NCBI GenBank assembly: GCA_051866635.1
Contig: JBJDXJ010000005.1
Coordinates: forward strand, 1-20,817
Source: Clostridia bacterium
GTDB lineage: Bacteria; Bacillota; Clostridia; UMGS1883
DNA length: 20,817 bases
Reading direction: 5' to 3'
Shown here: in pieces, positions 1 to 9,082 of the stretch
How positions within the stretch are numbered: position 1 is the stretch's first letter
Layout: every line of letters begins with the position of its first letter
Position numbers and translations under genes: made by a program
Notes under the pieces: model-generated
What the model was told of the DNA's origin: nothing
Database searches by the model: none
The model's input: the letters and a program-made list of their open reading frames with translations, nothing else

Positions 1-126
1 ATGCAAAAAGTGTGCAAGCTTTTTTCTAACTTACACACTTTATTTTACAATCTCTATACCCTCTTGTTTAGTGTACTCTTTTTTAGGAAAAATCTTATCA
101 AAACAGAGTATTGAGACACAAAAACA

Positions 127-170
127 GGGCTGTAGTCAACCCGATTTAAAAAATCGTTTTGCTACAGCCC
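127..170 (-). terminator. Stem-loop downstream of the deacetylase gene, probable intrinsic terminator
   Basis: GGGCTGTAG (127-135) pairs with CTACAGCCC (162-170), and inner CGATTT (142-147) pairs with AAATCG (151-156). On the minus strand it is followed by TGTTTTTG, about 30 nt after the stop at 200. Confidence 0.6.
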
Positions 171-199
171 CTTGTCAACTGATTATTTGTTCCTCTTTT

Positions 200-895
200 C
201 TACTTTTCTTTTGCAGGACCATATAATTCCATAAAGTTCACCGGGTCCATGTTTTCGTCAATTACACCGAAGGAATAACCGTTTGAGGCAAAATAGGACA
301 AAATTGTATCTAAATTTTTTGCGGTGGATTTTCTGTCATGGAGAAGCACAATGGGACACTCGTTTCCCTTTAAGTCATTTTTTATACGGCTTATCATGCT
401 TTGGGCTGTAGGTGCTGTGCCTACAGAGTCTCTTGGGTCAATTGTCCAGTCCCATATTTTATAATTTGCGGCTTTTAAAATTTTGTACTGCTCGTAACTC
501 ATGTAGGGGTAACTTCCGTAAGGGGTGCGGATAAGATTTGTTTTAATACCTAATGTATTGTAAAGTGTTTCTCTTTCCGAATTCATTTCACTAAGTGGCT
601 CCGAGGGGGATTTGTAAATTGTGTTCACATCATGGCTGACGCCGTGAAGCCCGATTGAATGACCCTCTGCGTTCATACGGCTAAGGTATTCGGGATACAT
701 TGTAATCCTTTCGTCAAGGACGAAAAAGGTTGCCTTGGCGTTATACTTTGCCAGTGTGTCAAGAATTACGGGTGTGTTTGGTGTAGGCCCGTCGTCAAAT
801 GTAATGTACACGATTTTTTCTTTATCACCGTATGCCAAAAGGGTGAGTGACAAAACGGAAAAAATGACCACTAAAAGAGCAATACTTTTTTTCAA
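200..895 (-). CDS. Polysaccharide deacetylase (CE4/NodB family), exported
   Basis: CE4 motifs TFDDGP, HGVSH, RTPYG and LLHD; N-terminal signal peptide. TTG start with AGGAGG RBS (903-908). Confidence 0.93.
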   Translation of the reverse strand: MKKSIALLVVIFSVLSLTLLAYGDKEKIVYITFDDGPTPNTPVILDTLAKYNAKATFFVLDERITMYPEYLSRMNAEGHSIGLHGVSHDVNTIYKSPSEPLSEMNSERETLYNTLGIKTNLIRTPYGSYPYMSYEQYKILKAANYKIWDWTIDPRDSVGTAPTAQSMISRIKNDLKGNECPIVLLHDRKSTAKNLDTILSYFASNGYSFGVIDENMDPVNFMELYGPAKEK

Positions 896-907
896 ATACT
901 TACCTCC

Positions 908-2728
908 TTAAATCAAAGTTATCGAAAATTTACGGAGCCAATATTCAAGCTGGATAAAGTATGCTATTGTCTGGGGTGTTGTCATAAGCTGACCGTACCA
1001 GGGAAGGGATTTTTCTTCATATAAAAGGGTGGAGGCTTTCTTTATGTTCACAATTTCCCATATGGGATTTCCCGAATCCTTAATAATGCCTGAGAATATT
1101 TCACGAAGTGCATTTAAATAATTAGGGTTATGGGTTTTTGGATAGGGACTCTTTTTCCGCCAAAGAACCTTTTCGGGAAGAAGATTTGAAAAAGCCTCTC
1201 GCAAAAGTCCCTTTTCACGGGACTTATAATTTTTATATTCCCAAGGAGTGGAATAGAGGTATTCTGTTATGCGTTTGTCGCAAAAAGGCACCCTGACTTC
1301 AAGGGAGGCGTGCATACTGCAAGCATCCTTTCTGAAAAGAAGTGTCTGCATAAAATGGTCGGTGTTAAGTATGAACATTTCACGCATCCTTTTTTCTACC
1401 ATATCACAGGTATTTATGTCAACATTACTTATGGCTTCTTGGTATTTTTCAAAAACGTAATTCGAGGGAATTTTGTCCTTTAAGCTATCGGAAATAAATT
1501 CCATCCTGTATTTTGTGTTCTGTGCCCATGGGAAACCTACAGCTTCACGGATATCTTTGTCCCTGTACCAAGGGTATCCACCAAAGATTTCATCGGCACA
1601 TTCGCCCGACAGGGCTACAGTTACATATTTCTTTATTTCTCTGCAGAAAAGAAGGAGAGAGGAATCAACATCTGCCATGGAGGGGAGCCCCTTTGTGTCA
1701 ATGACAGGATACAGGGCAGAGATAATATCATCTGTGTCTAAAGTGACCTCATGATGGTTGGAGTTTATATGCTTTACCATCATTTCTATATATTCCTCAT
1801 CACTGTCAGGCTGAAAATGGGAGGATTTAAAGTATTTTTTTTGGTCCTTATATGTTACCGAAAATGTGTCAAGGCTTTTGCCCTTTCTTTTCATTTCCTC
1901 CGATGCAATTAAACTGATAATTGAAGAATCCAAGCCGCCTGACAGGAAGGTACCTATAGGCACATCGGAGATAAGCTGACGCTTTACTGCATCTGTCACA
2001 AGCATTTTCACATTTTGTACAGTTTCTTCAAGGTTGTCTGTGTGAGGGGTGTCCTTTAAGAAAAAGTATTGATATATTTTAAGACCGCAATTGTCAAATG
2101 TGCCTGCAAAGCCACGGGGAAGCTCGGAAATTTCGGTGAAAATTCCTGTGTTGGGCGTTTTTCCGGGACCTAAAAGCATAATTTCGCAAACTGATGATAT
2201 ATCGATGGTGCTTTTGACTTTTTTATTACATAAAAGTGCAGGGACAGTTGAGGCAAAAATAAAAGCATCCTGACAGTGGGAATAGAAAAAAGGCTTTACA
2301 CCCATACAATCACGTGCAAAGAAAAGCTTTTGTGCCTTTTCCTGCCATATGGCAAAGGCAAAAATGCCGTTAAAATGGTGAACGCAATCTTCGCCATAGA
2401 CAATATATGCAAAAAGGACAGCTTCTGTATCTCCCTTTGTTGTAAAGGACACCCCCCTTTTTATTAAATCCGCCTTTATTTCATCGGTGTTGTACAACTC
2501 GCCATTGTATACAATTGTGTATGTTTCATTTTCCCATCCTCTTGTCATAGGTTGGGTTGATGCCTTTACATCCACAACGGCAAGCCGCCCGTGAAGTAAA
2601 AGTGCATAATCTGACATGTATTCTCCTTCGTCATCGGGACCACGGTTTGCCATACACTGACGCATTTTTTCTCCGTCAGTTTTATCTATAGGATTTTTGT
2701 AGTCAATAATACCTGCAATTGAACACAT
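908..2728 (-). CDS. asnB: Asparagine synthase (glutamine-hydrolysing), AsnB/AsnO type
   Basis: N-terminal nucleophile M-C-S-I-A-G, plus RGPDD, NGELYN, LSGGLDSS, SGECADEIFGGY and EVRVPF motifs. Confidence 0.95.
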   Translation of the reverse strand: MCSIAGIIDYKNPIDKTDGEKMRQCMANRGPDDEGEYMSDYALLLHGRLAVVDVKASTQPMTRGWENETYTIVYNGELYNTDEIKADLIKRGVSFTTKGDTEAVLFAYIVYGEDCVHHFNGIFAFAIWQEKAQKLFFARDCMGVKPFFYSHCQDAFIFASTVPALLCNKKVKSTIDISSVCEIMLLGPGKTPNTGIFTEISELPRGFAGTFDNCGLKIYQYFFLKDTPHTDNLEETVQNVKMLVTDAVKRQLISDVPIGTFLSGGLDSSIISLIASEEMKRKGKSLDTFSVTYKDQKKYFKSSHFQPDSDEEYIEMMVKHINSNHHEVTLDTDDIISALYPVIDTKGLPSMADVDSSLLLFCREIKKYVTVALSGECADEIFGGYPWYRDKDIREAVGFPWAQNTKYRMEFISDSLKDKIPSNYVFEKYQEAISNVDINTCDMVEKRMREMFILNTDHFMQTLLFRKDACSMHASLEVRVPFCDKRITEYLYSTPWEYKNYKSREKGLLREAFSNLLPEKVLWRKKSPYPKTHNPNYLNALREIFSGIIKDSGNPIWEIVNIKKASTLLYEEKSLPWYGQLMTTPQTIAYFIQLEYWLRKFSITLI

Positions 2729-2758
2729 GAAAACACATCCTTAGGCTTTGATACAGTC

Positions 2759-2788
2759 ATTATATGCATAAGATTACAGAAAATATCA
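2759..2788 (-). promoter_or_regulatory. SigmaE-like (mother-cell sporulation) promoter for asnB-deacetylase
   Basis: Minus strand reads TGATATT-ttctgtaatcttatg-CATATAAT, matching the sigmaE pattern ATA-N16-18-CATAcanT, 30 nt upstream of the asnB ATG. Confidence 0.55.
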
Positions 2789-2800
2789 CCTAACAAATGC

Positions 2801-2827
2801 AAAAAAGCTGAGAGCAAAACTCTCAGC
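2801..2827 (-). terminator. Intrinsic terminator after the zinc-ribbon gene
   Basis: Minus strand GCTGAGAG-ttttg-CTCTCAGC-TTTTTT: 8-bp stem plus U-tract. Confidence 0.85.
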
Positions 2828-2865
2828 CTGTTTGTTTTCATAACCTGACCTCTAAGAAAAGGAGA

Positions 2866-3135
2866 TTACTTATTTTTTGCAAAGCATTCACTGCAGTAAA
2901 TGGGTCTGTCGTTCTTAGGAACGAAAGGTACCTTAGCTTCGCCACCGCAAGATGCACATACAGCTGTGTACATTTCTCTGTTTTCCTTAAGAGCCTGCTT
3001 CTTTGCAACTCTGCATTCCTTGCATCTCTGGGGTTCGTTCTGGAAGCCCTTTTCTGCATAGAATTCCTGTTCGCCTGCTGTGAAAACGAATTCGTTACCG
3101 CAATCTTTGCAGACTAATGTCTTGTCTTCGTACAT
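2866..3135 (-). CDS. Small zinc-ribbon protein (zf-trcl-like domain plus CxxC-x17-CxxC domain)
   Basis: CKDC...FVFTAGEQEFYAEKGF.NEPQRCKEC followed by CASC-x17-CSEC; GAGGAG RBS. Confidence 0.9.
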   Translation of the reverse strand: MYEDKTLVCKDCGNEFVFTAGEQEFYAEKGFQNEPQRCKECRVAKKQALKENREMYTAVCASCGGEAKVPFVPKNDRPIYCSECFAKNK

Positions 3136-3217
3136 GTTTGATCTCCTCGCTTAGATAAAAATAAATATTCACCCTATACGGCTCATGAACCGAATAAGAG
3201 TATATAACAAAATAGCC

Positions 3218-3841
3218 TTAACTGAAATCGTCGGAGAACTTCTCAAACTTTTTCTTTACCCTCTGTAAGGCGTTGTCAATGGACTTTACATCCTTTTTAA
3301 GATGTGAGGCAATAGCACTGTAGCTTTCCCCTTTAAGATACAAGGATAAAACCTTACATTCCAAAGGGCTTAAAACTTCGCCCATTTTAATTTCCACCTG
3401 TTTTTTGTTTGCCTTGCCGATTACAATATCCTCGGGATTTGCCGCATTGTCGCCTGCGATAACGTCAAGGAGGGTGGAATCGGAGTTGTCCTCAAGACAG
3501 GGACGGTCAAGGGAAACATAAGTATTTAACGGGGAGTGCTTTAACCTTGAAGCACTTTTTACCGCACTTATAATCTGGCGTGTAATACACAGTTCCGCAA
3601 AGGAACGAAAGGAAGCATCCTTCCCGCACTTATAATCCCTTACAGCTTTGAAGAGCCCTATCATCCCTTCCTGAATAATATCATCACCGTCAGCACCTGC
3701 CAGAAAGTATGACTTTGCCTTTTTGGCAACTCTGGGACGGAATTTGTGAAGAATGTAGTCTAAGGCTTCTTCATCCCCGCCTTGTGCAGAAAGAACAATA
3801 TCTTCGTCATTCATTGAATCGAATGAATGTTGGTTTGCCAT
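3218..3841 (-). CDS. sigH: RNA polymerase sigma factor SigH
   Basis: SigH-typical segments YFLAGADGDDIIQEGMIGLFKAVRDY, SFRSFAELCITRQIISAVK, KHSPLNTYVSL and KSIDNALQRVKKK; GGAGG RBS. Confidence 0.95.
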   Translation of the reverse strand: MANQHSFDSMNDEDIVLSAQGGDEEALDYILHKFRPRVAKKAKSYFLAGADGDDIIQEGMIGLFKAVRDYKCGKDASFRSFAELCITRQIISAVKSASRLKHSPLNTYVSLDRPCLEDNSDSTLLDVIAGDNAANPEDIVIGKANKKQVEIKMGEVLSPLECKVLSLYLKGESYSAIASHLKKDVKSIDNALQRVKKKFEKFSDDFS

Positions 3842-3878
3842 TAACAGACCTCCAAAATTTTACTTTAGGATTAAAAAT

Positions 3879-3907
3879 ATTTTACCCCTAAAAATGTGAA
3901 AAGTCAA
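3879..3907 (-). promoter_or_regulatory. SigmaA-type promoter for sigH
   Basis: Minus strand TTGACT-17 bp-TAAAAT. Confidence 0.65.
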
Positions 3908-3922
3908 CAAAAAAATGAACTA

Positions 3923-3951
3923 TTGCAATAATTTTTTTTATAATGTATACT
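3923..3951 (+). promoter_or_regulatory. SigmaA-type promoter for rqcH, back-to-back with the sigH promoter
   Basis: TTGCAA-17 bp-TATACT. Confidence 0.6.
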
Positions 3952-4003
3952 AAATATGCAGAAAAAAGTTAAGAATAATTAAAATTGAAAGGCGAGGTAG
4001 ATT

Positions 4004-5770
4004 ATGCCATTTGATGCTTCTGCGGTAAGGTGTACCGCATATGAAATAAATAAAATGCTCCAAGGGGGCAGGATTGAAAAAATATATCAGCCTGAAAACG
4101 ATGAAATTGTCCTTTTGGTGAAATGCCAAAAGGGAAATGTAAGGCTTGTTATAAGTGCAAACAGTCAGAACCCCAGGATTTATATAACAACAAAAGCAAA
4201 GGAAAACCCACAGGACCCGCCTATGTTCTGTATGCTTATGCGTAAACATATAACATCAGGCAGAATTTTGAGCGTCCAAAGTATGGGCTTTGAAAGAATA
4301 ATCGACATATCCGTAGAAGCAAGAAATGAACTGGGTGATATGGTTGAGAAGCATATAATGTGCGAAATCATGGGAAAAAACAGTAACATTATGCTTCTTT
4401 CCGAAAACGGAAAAATAATAGACAGTGTAAAGCATGTTGATTTATCTGTAAGCCGTGTAAGAAATGTTTTCCCCGGTTTACGATACACCCTGCCACCTGA
4501 CGGAGGCCGTAAAAACCCACTTCTTTGCACAGAGGAGGATTTTTACAACGAAATTCAATCCTTCCCCGAGGGCAAAAATCTTGACAAGGCACTTGTAGCT
4601 TCTTTTCTTGGTGTCAGCCCTCTTCAGATGCGTGAAGTAATGCACAAGGTTTTAGGCAGATGTGACATTCTTTCAGGGGAATTGACAGATGGGGACAAAA
4701 AGAAAATTGCAAAAGAGCTTTCAGTGTTATTTGAGAAGATAAAGAATAATGTTTTCACACCTCTCATTCTTTACAAAAAAGGCGAAGAAAAACCAATTGA
4801 TTTTGCAGTTTACCCCATAAATCAATACGGAGAAGAATATTATACAAAAGAGGAGGATAATATTTTTTCCGTATTGGAGCTGTTTTATGAAAAACGTGAC
4901 CGTGTGGAAAGAATGCGTTCAAAAAGCTATGCCCTTATGAAAACTGTCACAGGTAAGATAGAGAGGACAAGGAAAAAGCTTTTAATATGGCATGATACAC
5001 TTAAAGATTGCGAAGAACGGGAAAAGTACAAAATTGCAGGTGATATTATTACTGCAAATCTTTACAGTATGAAAACAGGTGACAAAACCCTTACTGCAGT
5101 TAATTACTACGACGAAAACCTTAGCGAAATTACAATTGCATTAGATGAAAGCAAGTCACCTTCAAAAAATGCACAGATGTACTATAAAAAGTATCAGAAA
5201 GCAAAAACAGCAGAAACAGAAGGCAAAAAGCAGATTGAAAAGGCAACGGAGGACTTAGATTATCTTGAAAGCGTTGTTCATGAAATAGAAAATGCAAAAA
5301 CGCCCTCGGAGCTTGAAGAAATAAGGCTTGAGCTTGTAGACGCGGGCATTATAAAGGTTGTGCAGTCAAAGAAAAAACAGCCAAAGAAAAACAGCATAAG
5401 TGCCCCCTGTGAGTACAAATTTAAAGGCTACAGTATATTTTCGGGTAAAAACAATCTGCAAAACGACCATCTCACATTAAAGATGGGCAGGGCCAATGAC
5501 CTGTGGCTCCATACGAAAAACATTCCCGGAAGCCATGTCCTTATAAAATATCAGGGCGAGGATTTTCCGAAGGAGGTAATAGAAGCGGCGGCAATTGTTG
5601 CGGCAACAAATTCAAAGGCCAAGGAGGGGGCAAAAACTGATGTTGACTATTGCCCTGTAAGCCATGTGAAAAAGCCCAACGGTGCAAAGGCAGGAATGGT
5701 TATTTACGAAGGCTATTTTACCGCAACTGTCACACCTGACGAGAAATTTTGTGACAGCATTAAAATTTAA
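4004..5770 (+). CDS. rqcH: Ribosome quality-control factor RqcH (Rqc2/FbpA, NFACT family)
   Basis: MPFD...GGRIEKIYQP, PPMFCMLMRKH, EIMGKNSNI, NAQMYYKKYQKAK, GKNNLQND, WLHTKNIPGSHV and VKKPNGAKAGMVIY; 588 aa. Confidence 0.95.
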   Translation: MPFDASAVRCTAYEINKMLQGGRIEKIYQPENDEIVLLVKCQKGNVRLVISANSQNPRIYITTKAKENPQDPPMFCMLMRKHITSGRILSVQSMGFERIIDISVEARNELGDMVEKHIMCEIMGKNSNIMLLSENGKIIDSVKHVDLSVSRVRNVFPGLRYTLPPDGGRKNPLLCTEEDFYNEIQSFPEGKNLDKALVASFLGVSPLQMREVMHKVLGRCDILSGELTDGDKKKIAKELSVLFEKIKNNVFTPLILYKKGEEKPIDFAVYPINQYGEEYYTKEEDNIFSVLELFYEKRDRVERMRSKSYALMKTVTGKIERTRKKLLIWHDTLKDCEEREKYKIAGDIITANLYSMKTGDKTLTAVNYYDENLSEITIALDESKSPSKNAQMYYKKYQKAKTAETEGKKQIEKATEDLDYLESVVHEIENAKTPSELEEIRLELVDAGIIKVVQSKKKQPKKNSISAPCEYKFKGYSIFSGKNNLQNDHLTLKMGRANDLWLHTKNIPGSHVLIKYQGEDFPKEVIEAAAIVAATNSKAKEGAKTDVDYCPVSHVKKPNGAKAGMVIYEGYFTATVTPDEKFCDSIKI

Positions 5771-5799
5771 AAAAGTACGGAATATATCCCTCAGATTTA

Positions 5800-5828
5800 T
5801 TGACAACAGATAAAAAAAGGTATATAAT
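5800..5828 (+). promoter_or_regulatory. Consensus sigmaA promoter for rny
   Basis: TTGACA-17 bp-TATAAT, a perfect consensus. Confidence 0.85.
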
Positions 5829-5894
5829 ATAACAGATGTTATTATAGGAAAGTAGGACCTATGATACTTAATTTTATAGATTGGAGGGTAACAT

Positions 5895-7457
5895 ATGAGC
5901 ATTCCTGTTATTATTTTGATTGCTGTCATTGTATGTGTTGTTATTATTGCTGTAGGCATCGTGGCATATAGAATGGGTTTTAATAACCGCAAGAAAATTG
6001 CAGAAGCTGAAATCGGAAGTGCCGAAGAAGAAGCAAAGCGAATTGTAGACAATGCACATAAAGCAGCTCAGAGTAAGAAGAAAGAAGCCCTGCTTGAGGC
6101 TAAAGAAGAAATACATAAAGCCAGAGTTGAAGCGGACAAGGAAAACAAAGAACGCAGAAACGAAATAACAAGGCAGGAGAGAAGAATTCAGCAAAAAGAA
6201 GAAACTCTTGATAAGAAAACTGAGGCTCTTGAAAAGAAGGAAGAAAAGCTTGGGGAAAAGATGAAAGAGCTTGAAGCCGAAAAAGAATCTCTCGAAAAAA
6301 TTCATGCTCGCCAGATGGAAGAACTTGAAAGAATTTCAGGCTTGTCTGTTGACGAGGCAAAGCAGTTTTTACTTAAAAATGTTGAAAGCGAAGTAAGGCA
6401 CGAAGCAGCTATGATGATTCGTGACATTGAAAGCCAGGCAAAGGAAGAAGCTGAAAAGAAGGCGAAGAACATTATCAGCCTTGCAATTCAGAAATGTGCC
6501 GCAGATCACGTTAGCGAAACAACGGTATCTGTTGTAAGTCTTCCAAACGATGAAATGAAGGGTAGGATTATCGGCCGTGAAGGCAGAAATATCCGAACAA
6601 TTGAATCCTTGACAGGTGTTGAACTTATTATTGACGATACACCGGAGGCAGTTATCATTTCATCCTTTGACCCTGTTCGCCGTGAGGTAGCACGTATTGC
6701 ACTTGAAAAGCTCATCATGGATGGCAGAATTCATCCGGCAAGAATTGAAGAAATGGTGGAAAGGGCACAAAAAGAAGTTGATGCAACTATTAAACAGGAG
6801 GGTGAACAGGCAACATTTGATACAGGCGTACACGGTCTTCACCCTGAACTTATCAAGCTCTTGGGTCGTCTCCGCTTCAGGACAAGCTACGGTCAGAATG
6901 TTTTGAAACATTCTATCGAGGTTGCCCATGTGGCAGGCATTATGGCAGGCGAGCTTGGTGTTGACGTAACTATTGCAAAGCGTGCAGGTCTCCTTCATGA
7001 TATCGGTAAGGCAGTTGACCACGAAATCGAAGGCAGCCACGTTACAATCGGCGTTGATTTGGCACGTAAGTACAAAGAAGGTGCAAGCGTTATCCACGCT
7101 ATTGAAGCACACCACGGTGATGTTGAAGCAAACAGTATTGTTGCATGTCTTGTTCAGGCGGCTGACGCAATCAGTGCGGCACGTCCCGGTGCAAGAAGAG
7201 AAAACATTGAAACTTATATTAAGCGTTTGCAGAAGCTTGAAGAAATTGCCACAAGCTTTGACGGTGTTGAAAAGAGCTTTGCCATTCAGGCAGGCAGAGA
7301 AGTTCGTATTATGGTTAAGCCCGACAGAATCGGTGACGGCGATATGGATTTCATTGCACGGGAAATTGTTAAGAAGATTGAAAGCGATATGGAATATCCC
7401 GGTCAGATTAAGGTAAACATAATCCGTGAAACAAGAACTGTAGCGTTTGCTAAGTAA
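5895..7457 (+). CDS. rny: Ribonuclease Y
   Basis: N-terminal TM helix, long coiled coil, KH domain ([13 protein letters not shown]), HD domain (LLHDIGKA), [12 protein letters not shown]; GGAGG RBS. Confidence 0.98.
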   Translation: MSIPVIILIAVIVCVVIIAVGIVAYRMGFNNRKKIAEAEIGSAEEEAKRIVDNAHKAAQSKKKEALLEAKEEIHKARVEADKENKERRNEITRQERRIQQKEETLDKKTEALEKKEEKLGEKMKELEAEKESLEKIHARQMEELERISGLSVDEAKQFLLKNVESEVRHEAAMMIRDIESQAKEEAEKKAKNIISLAIQKCAADHVSETTVSVVSLPNDEMKGRIIGREGRNIRTIESLTGVELIIDDTPEAVIISSFDPVRREVARIALEKLIMDGRIHPARIEEMVERAQKEVDATIKQEGEQATFDTGVHGLHPELIKLLGRLRFRTSYGQNVLKHSIEVAHVAGIMAGELGVDVTIAKRAGLLHDIGKAVDHEIEGSHVTIGVDLARKYKEGASVIHAIEAHHGDVEANSIVACLVQAADAISAARPGARRENIETYIKRLQKLEEIATSFDGVEKSFAIQAGREVRIMVKPDRIGDGDMDFIAREIVKKIESDMEYPGQIKVNIIRETRTVAFAK

Positions 7458-7461
7458 AAAT

Positions 7462-7491
7462 AAAAGCCGGGTTTCCCCGGCTTTTGTTTTT
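7462..7491 (+). terminator. Intrinsic terminator after rny
   Basis: AAAAGCCGGG-tttc-CCCGGCTTTT-GTTTTT, immediately after the stop codon. Confidence 0.85.
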
Positions 7492-7519
7492 CCGAATTGA
7501 ATAATATTATACAGGTGAC

Positions 7520-8308
7520 ATGATGAACATTTTATTTATAGGTGATATCTGCGGCAGATGCGGCAGAGAAGCACTTTTTACCTATCTTGAGGATATTAAA
7601 TACGAATACAACATTGATTATACAATAGCCAACGGCGAAAATGCCGCAGGCGGTTTAGGTATAACAGTTAAAACATATGAAGAAATGACACGGGCAGGTG
7701 TTGACTTTTTCACCTTGGGCAACCACGCATTTTCAAAAGCAAACGATGCAACTGTGCTTTTGGAACGTGGCGAAAATATTGTGCGACCCTCAAATATGCT
7801 TCCGGAAAACCTTCCCGGAGAAGGATTGGCAATTGTACGTGGAAAAAATGGTGAAAAAATTGCAATTATAAACCTTTTGGGCAGAATATATATGGAGGAA
7901 GCAAAAGACCCGTTTAAGGAAGCTGAAATCCTTATTGAAAAGGCAAAAAAGGTTACAAATATAATAATTGTGGACTTCCATGCAGAAGCCACAAGCGAAA
8001 AGGAAGCCATGGGATTTTACCTTGACGGGAAAGTAACGGCTGTTTTCGGCACCCATACCCATATACAGACGGCAGATGAAAAAATACTTCCCAAGGGCAG
8101 TGCATATATTACAGATGCCGGCATGACAGGGGCTGTAAATTCCGTTTTGGGGATGGAGGTCAATACCGCTGTGGGAAGGTTTGTAACTCCCGATGAAAGC
8201 CATCCCTTTAAAAGTGCCGAGGGAAAGGCACGTTTTTGCGGAGTCTGTGTAGCAGTTGATGAAAAAACAGGAAAAGCTTTAGGAGTGAAAAGAATTTGGA
8301 AATCGTAA
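7520..8308 (+). CDS. ymdB: YmdB/TIGR00282-family metallophosphoesterase
   Basis: ILFIGDI, NGENAAGG, TLGNH, DFHAEATSEK, GTHTH and TDAGMTG motifs; conserved position after rny. Confidence 0.93.
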   Translation: MMNILFIGDICGRCGREALFTYLEDIKYEYNIDYTIANGENAAGGLGITVKTYEEMTRAGVDFFTLGNHAFSKANDATVLLERGENIVRPSNMLPENLPGEGLAIVRGKNGEKIAIINLLGRIYMEEAKDPFKEAEILIEKAKKVTNIIIVDFHAEATSEKEAMGFYLDGKVTAVFGTHTHIQTADEKILPKGSAYITDAGMTGAVNSVLGMEVNTAVGRFVTPDESHPFKSAEGKARFCGVCVAVDEKTGKALGVKRIWKS

Positions 8309-9072
8309 AAAAGGATAATGTGCAGTTTCTTGTAAGTGAAAAAATAAAAGCGTTGCACGGTTTTACCCTTCGGTCAGGTGGGGTAAGCTGTGGGGATTTT
8401 GACTCTCTTAACGTTGGTTTAAGGCGTGGTGACAACCCATTTAACGCTATGAAAAATATTGAAATTTGCTGTGATAAAATGGGACTTAACAAGGGAAATC
8501 TTACCCTAACTTATCAGACCCATACAAATAACGTGCGTTTTGTAACGGAAAACGACATTGGCAAGGGCTTTATCCGTGAGTGGGGCGAAGGCGTTGACGG
8601 CATTGTGACTAACTTAAAAAACGTTCCCATAATGTGCTACAGTGCAGACTGCGTGCCTACCCTTTTATATGACGGGGTAAACCATATTATCGGTGCAATT
8701 CACGGCGGTTGGCGTGGCACAAAGGAAAATATAATAAAAAATGCCATACAACTTATGTGCCGGTATGGCTCCTTAGAGGAAAACATTACAGCCTTTATAG
8801 GTCCTGCCATAGGCATATGCTGTTACGAAGTGAGTGAGGATGTGGCACAGGAATTTTCCGATTATAAAGAAGCTGTCAAAGAAAAGGAAAACGGTAAATA
8901 CCTTTTGGATTTAAAAAAGATTACCCAAATTCAGCTTGAACAGGCAGGGGTAATGAAGGAAAACATTGAAAACAGTCATATATGCACCTGTTGCAAAAAC
9001 GATTTGTTTTTCTCCCACCGTAAACAAAAGGGAAAAAGCGGACTCTTAGGCGGATTTATACAAATGATTTGA
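8296..9072 (+). CDS. pgeF: PgeF/YfiH/YlmD-family protein (peptidoglycan editing factor / purine nucleoside phosphorylase)
   Basis: HGFT.R.GGVS, QTH, DGIVT, ADCVP, HGGWRG, IGPAI..CCYEV, CT.C...FFSHR. TTG start after AGGAG; 13-nt overlap with ymdB. Confidence 0.92.
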   Translation: MEIVKKDNVQFLVSEKIKALHGFTLRSGGVSCGDFDSLNVGLRRGDNPFNAMKNIEICCDKMGLNKGNLTLTYQTHTNNVRFVTENDIGKGFIREWGEGVDGIVTNLKNVPIMCYSADCVPTLLYDGVNHIIGAIHGGWRGTKENIIKNAIQLMCRYGSLEENITAFIGPAIGICCYEVSEDVAQEFSDYKEAVKEKENGKYLLDLKKITQIQLEQAGVMKENIENSHICTCCKNDLFFSHRKQKGKSGLLGGFIQMI

Positions 9073-9082
9073 GGTTTTGAAC

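Noticed and set aside
659-2467. Short plus-strand ORFs opposite the deacetylase and asnB
   Set aside because: Antisense shadows of confident genes, with no recognisable motifs.
5612-7416. Overlapping ORFs of 69-151 aa across rny, including the Phe/Leu-rich 5874-6305 ORF
   Set aside because: The hydrophobic composition is the reverse complement of the Glu/Lys-rich (GAA/AAA) coiled coil; no independent evidence.
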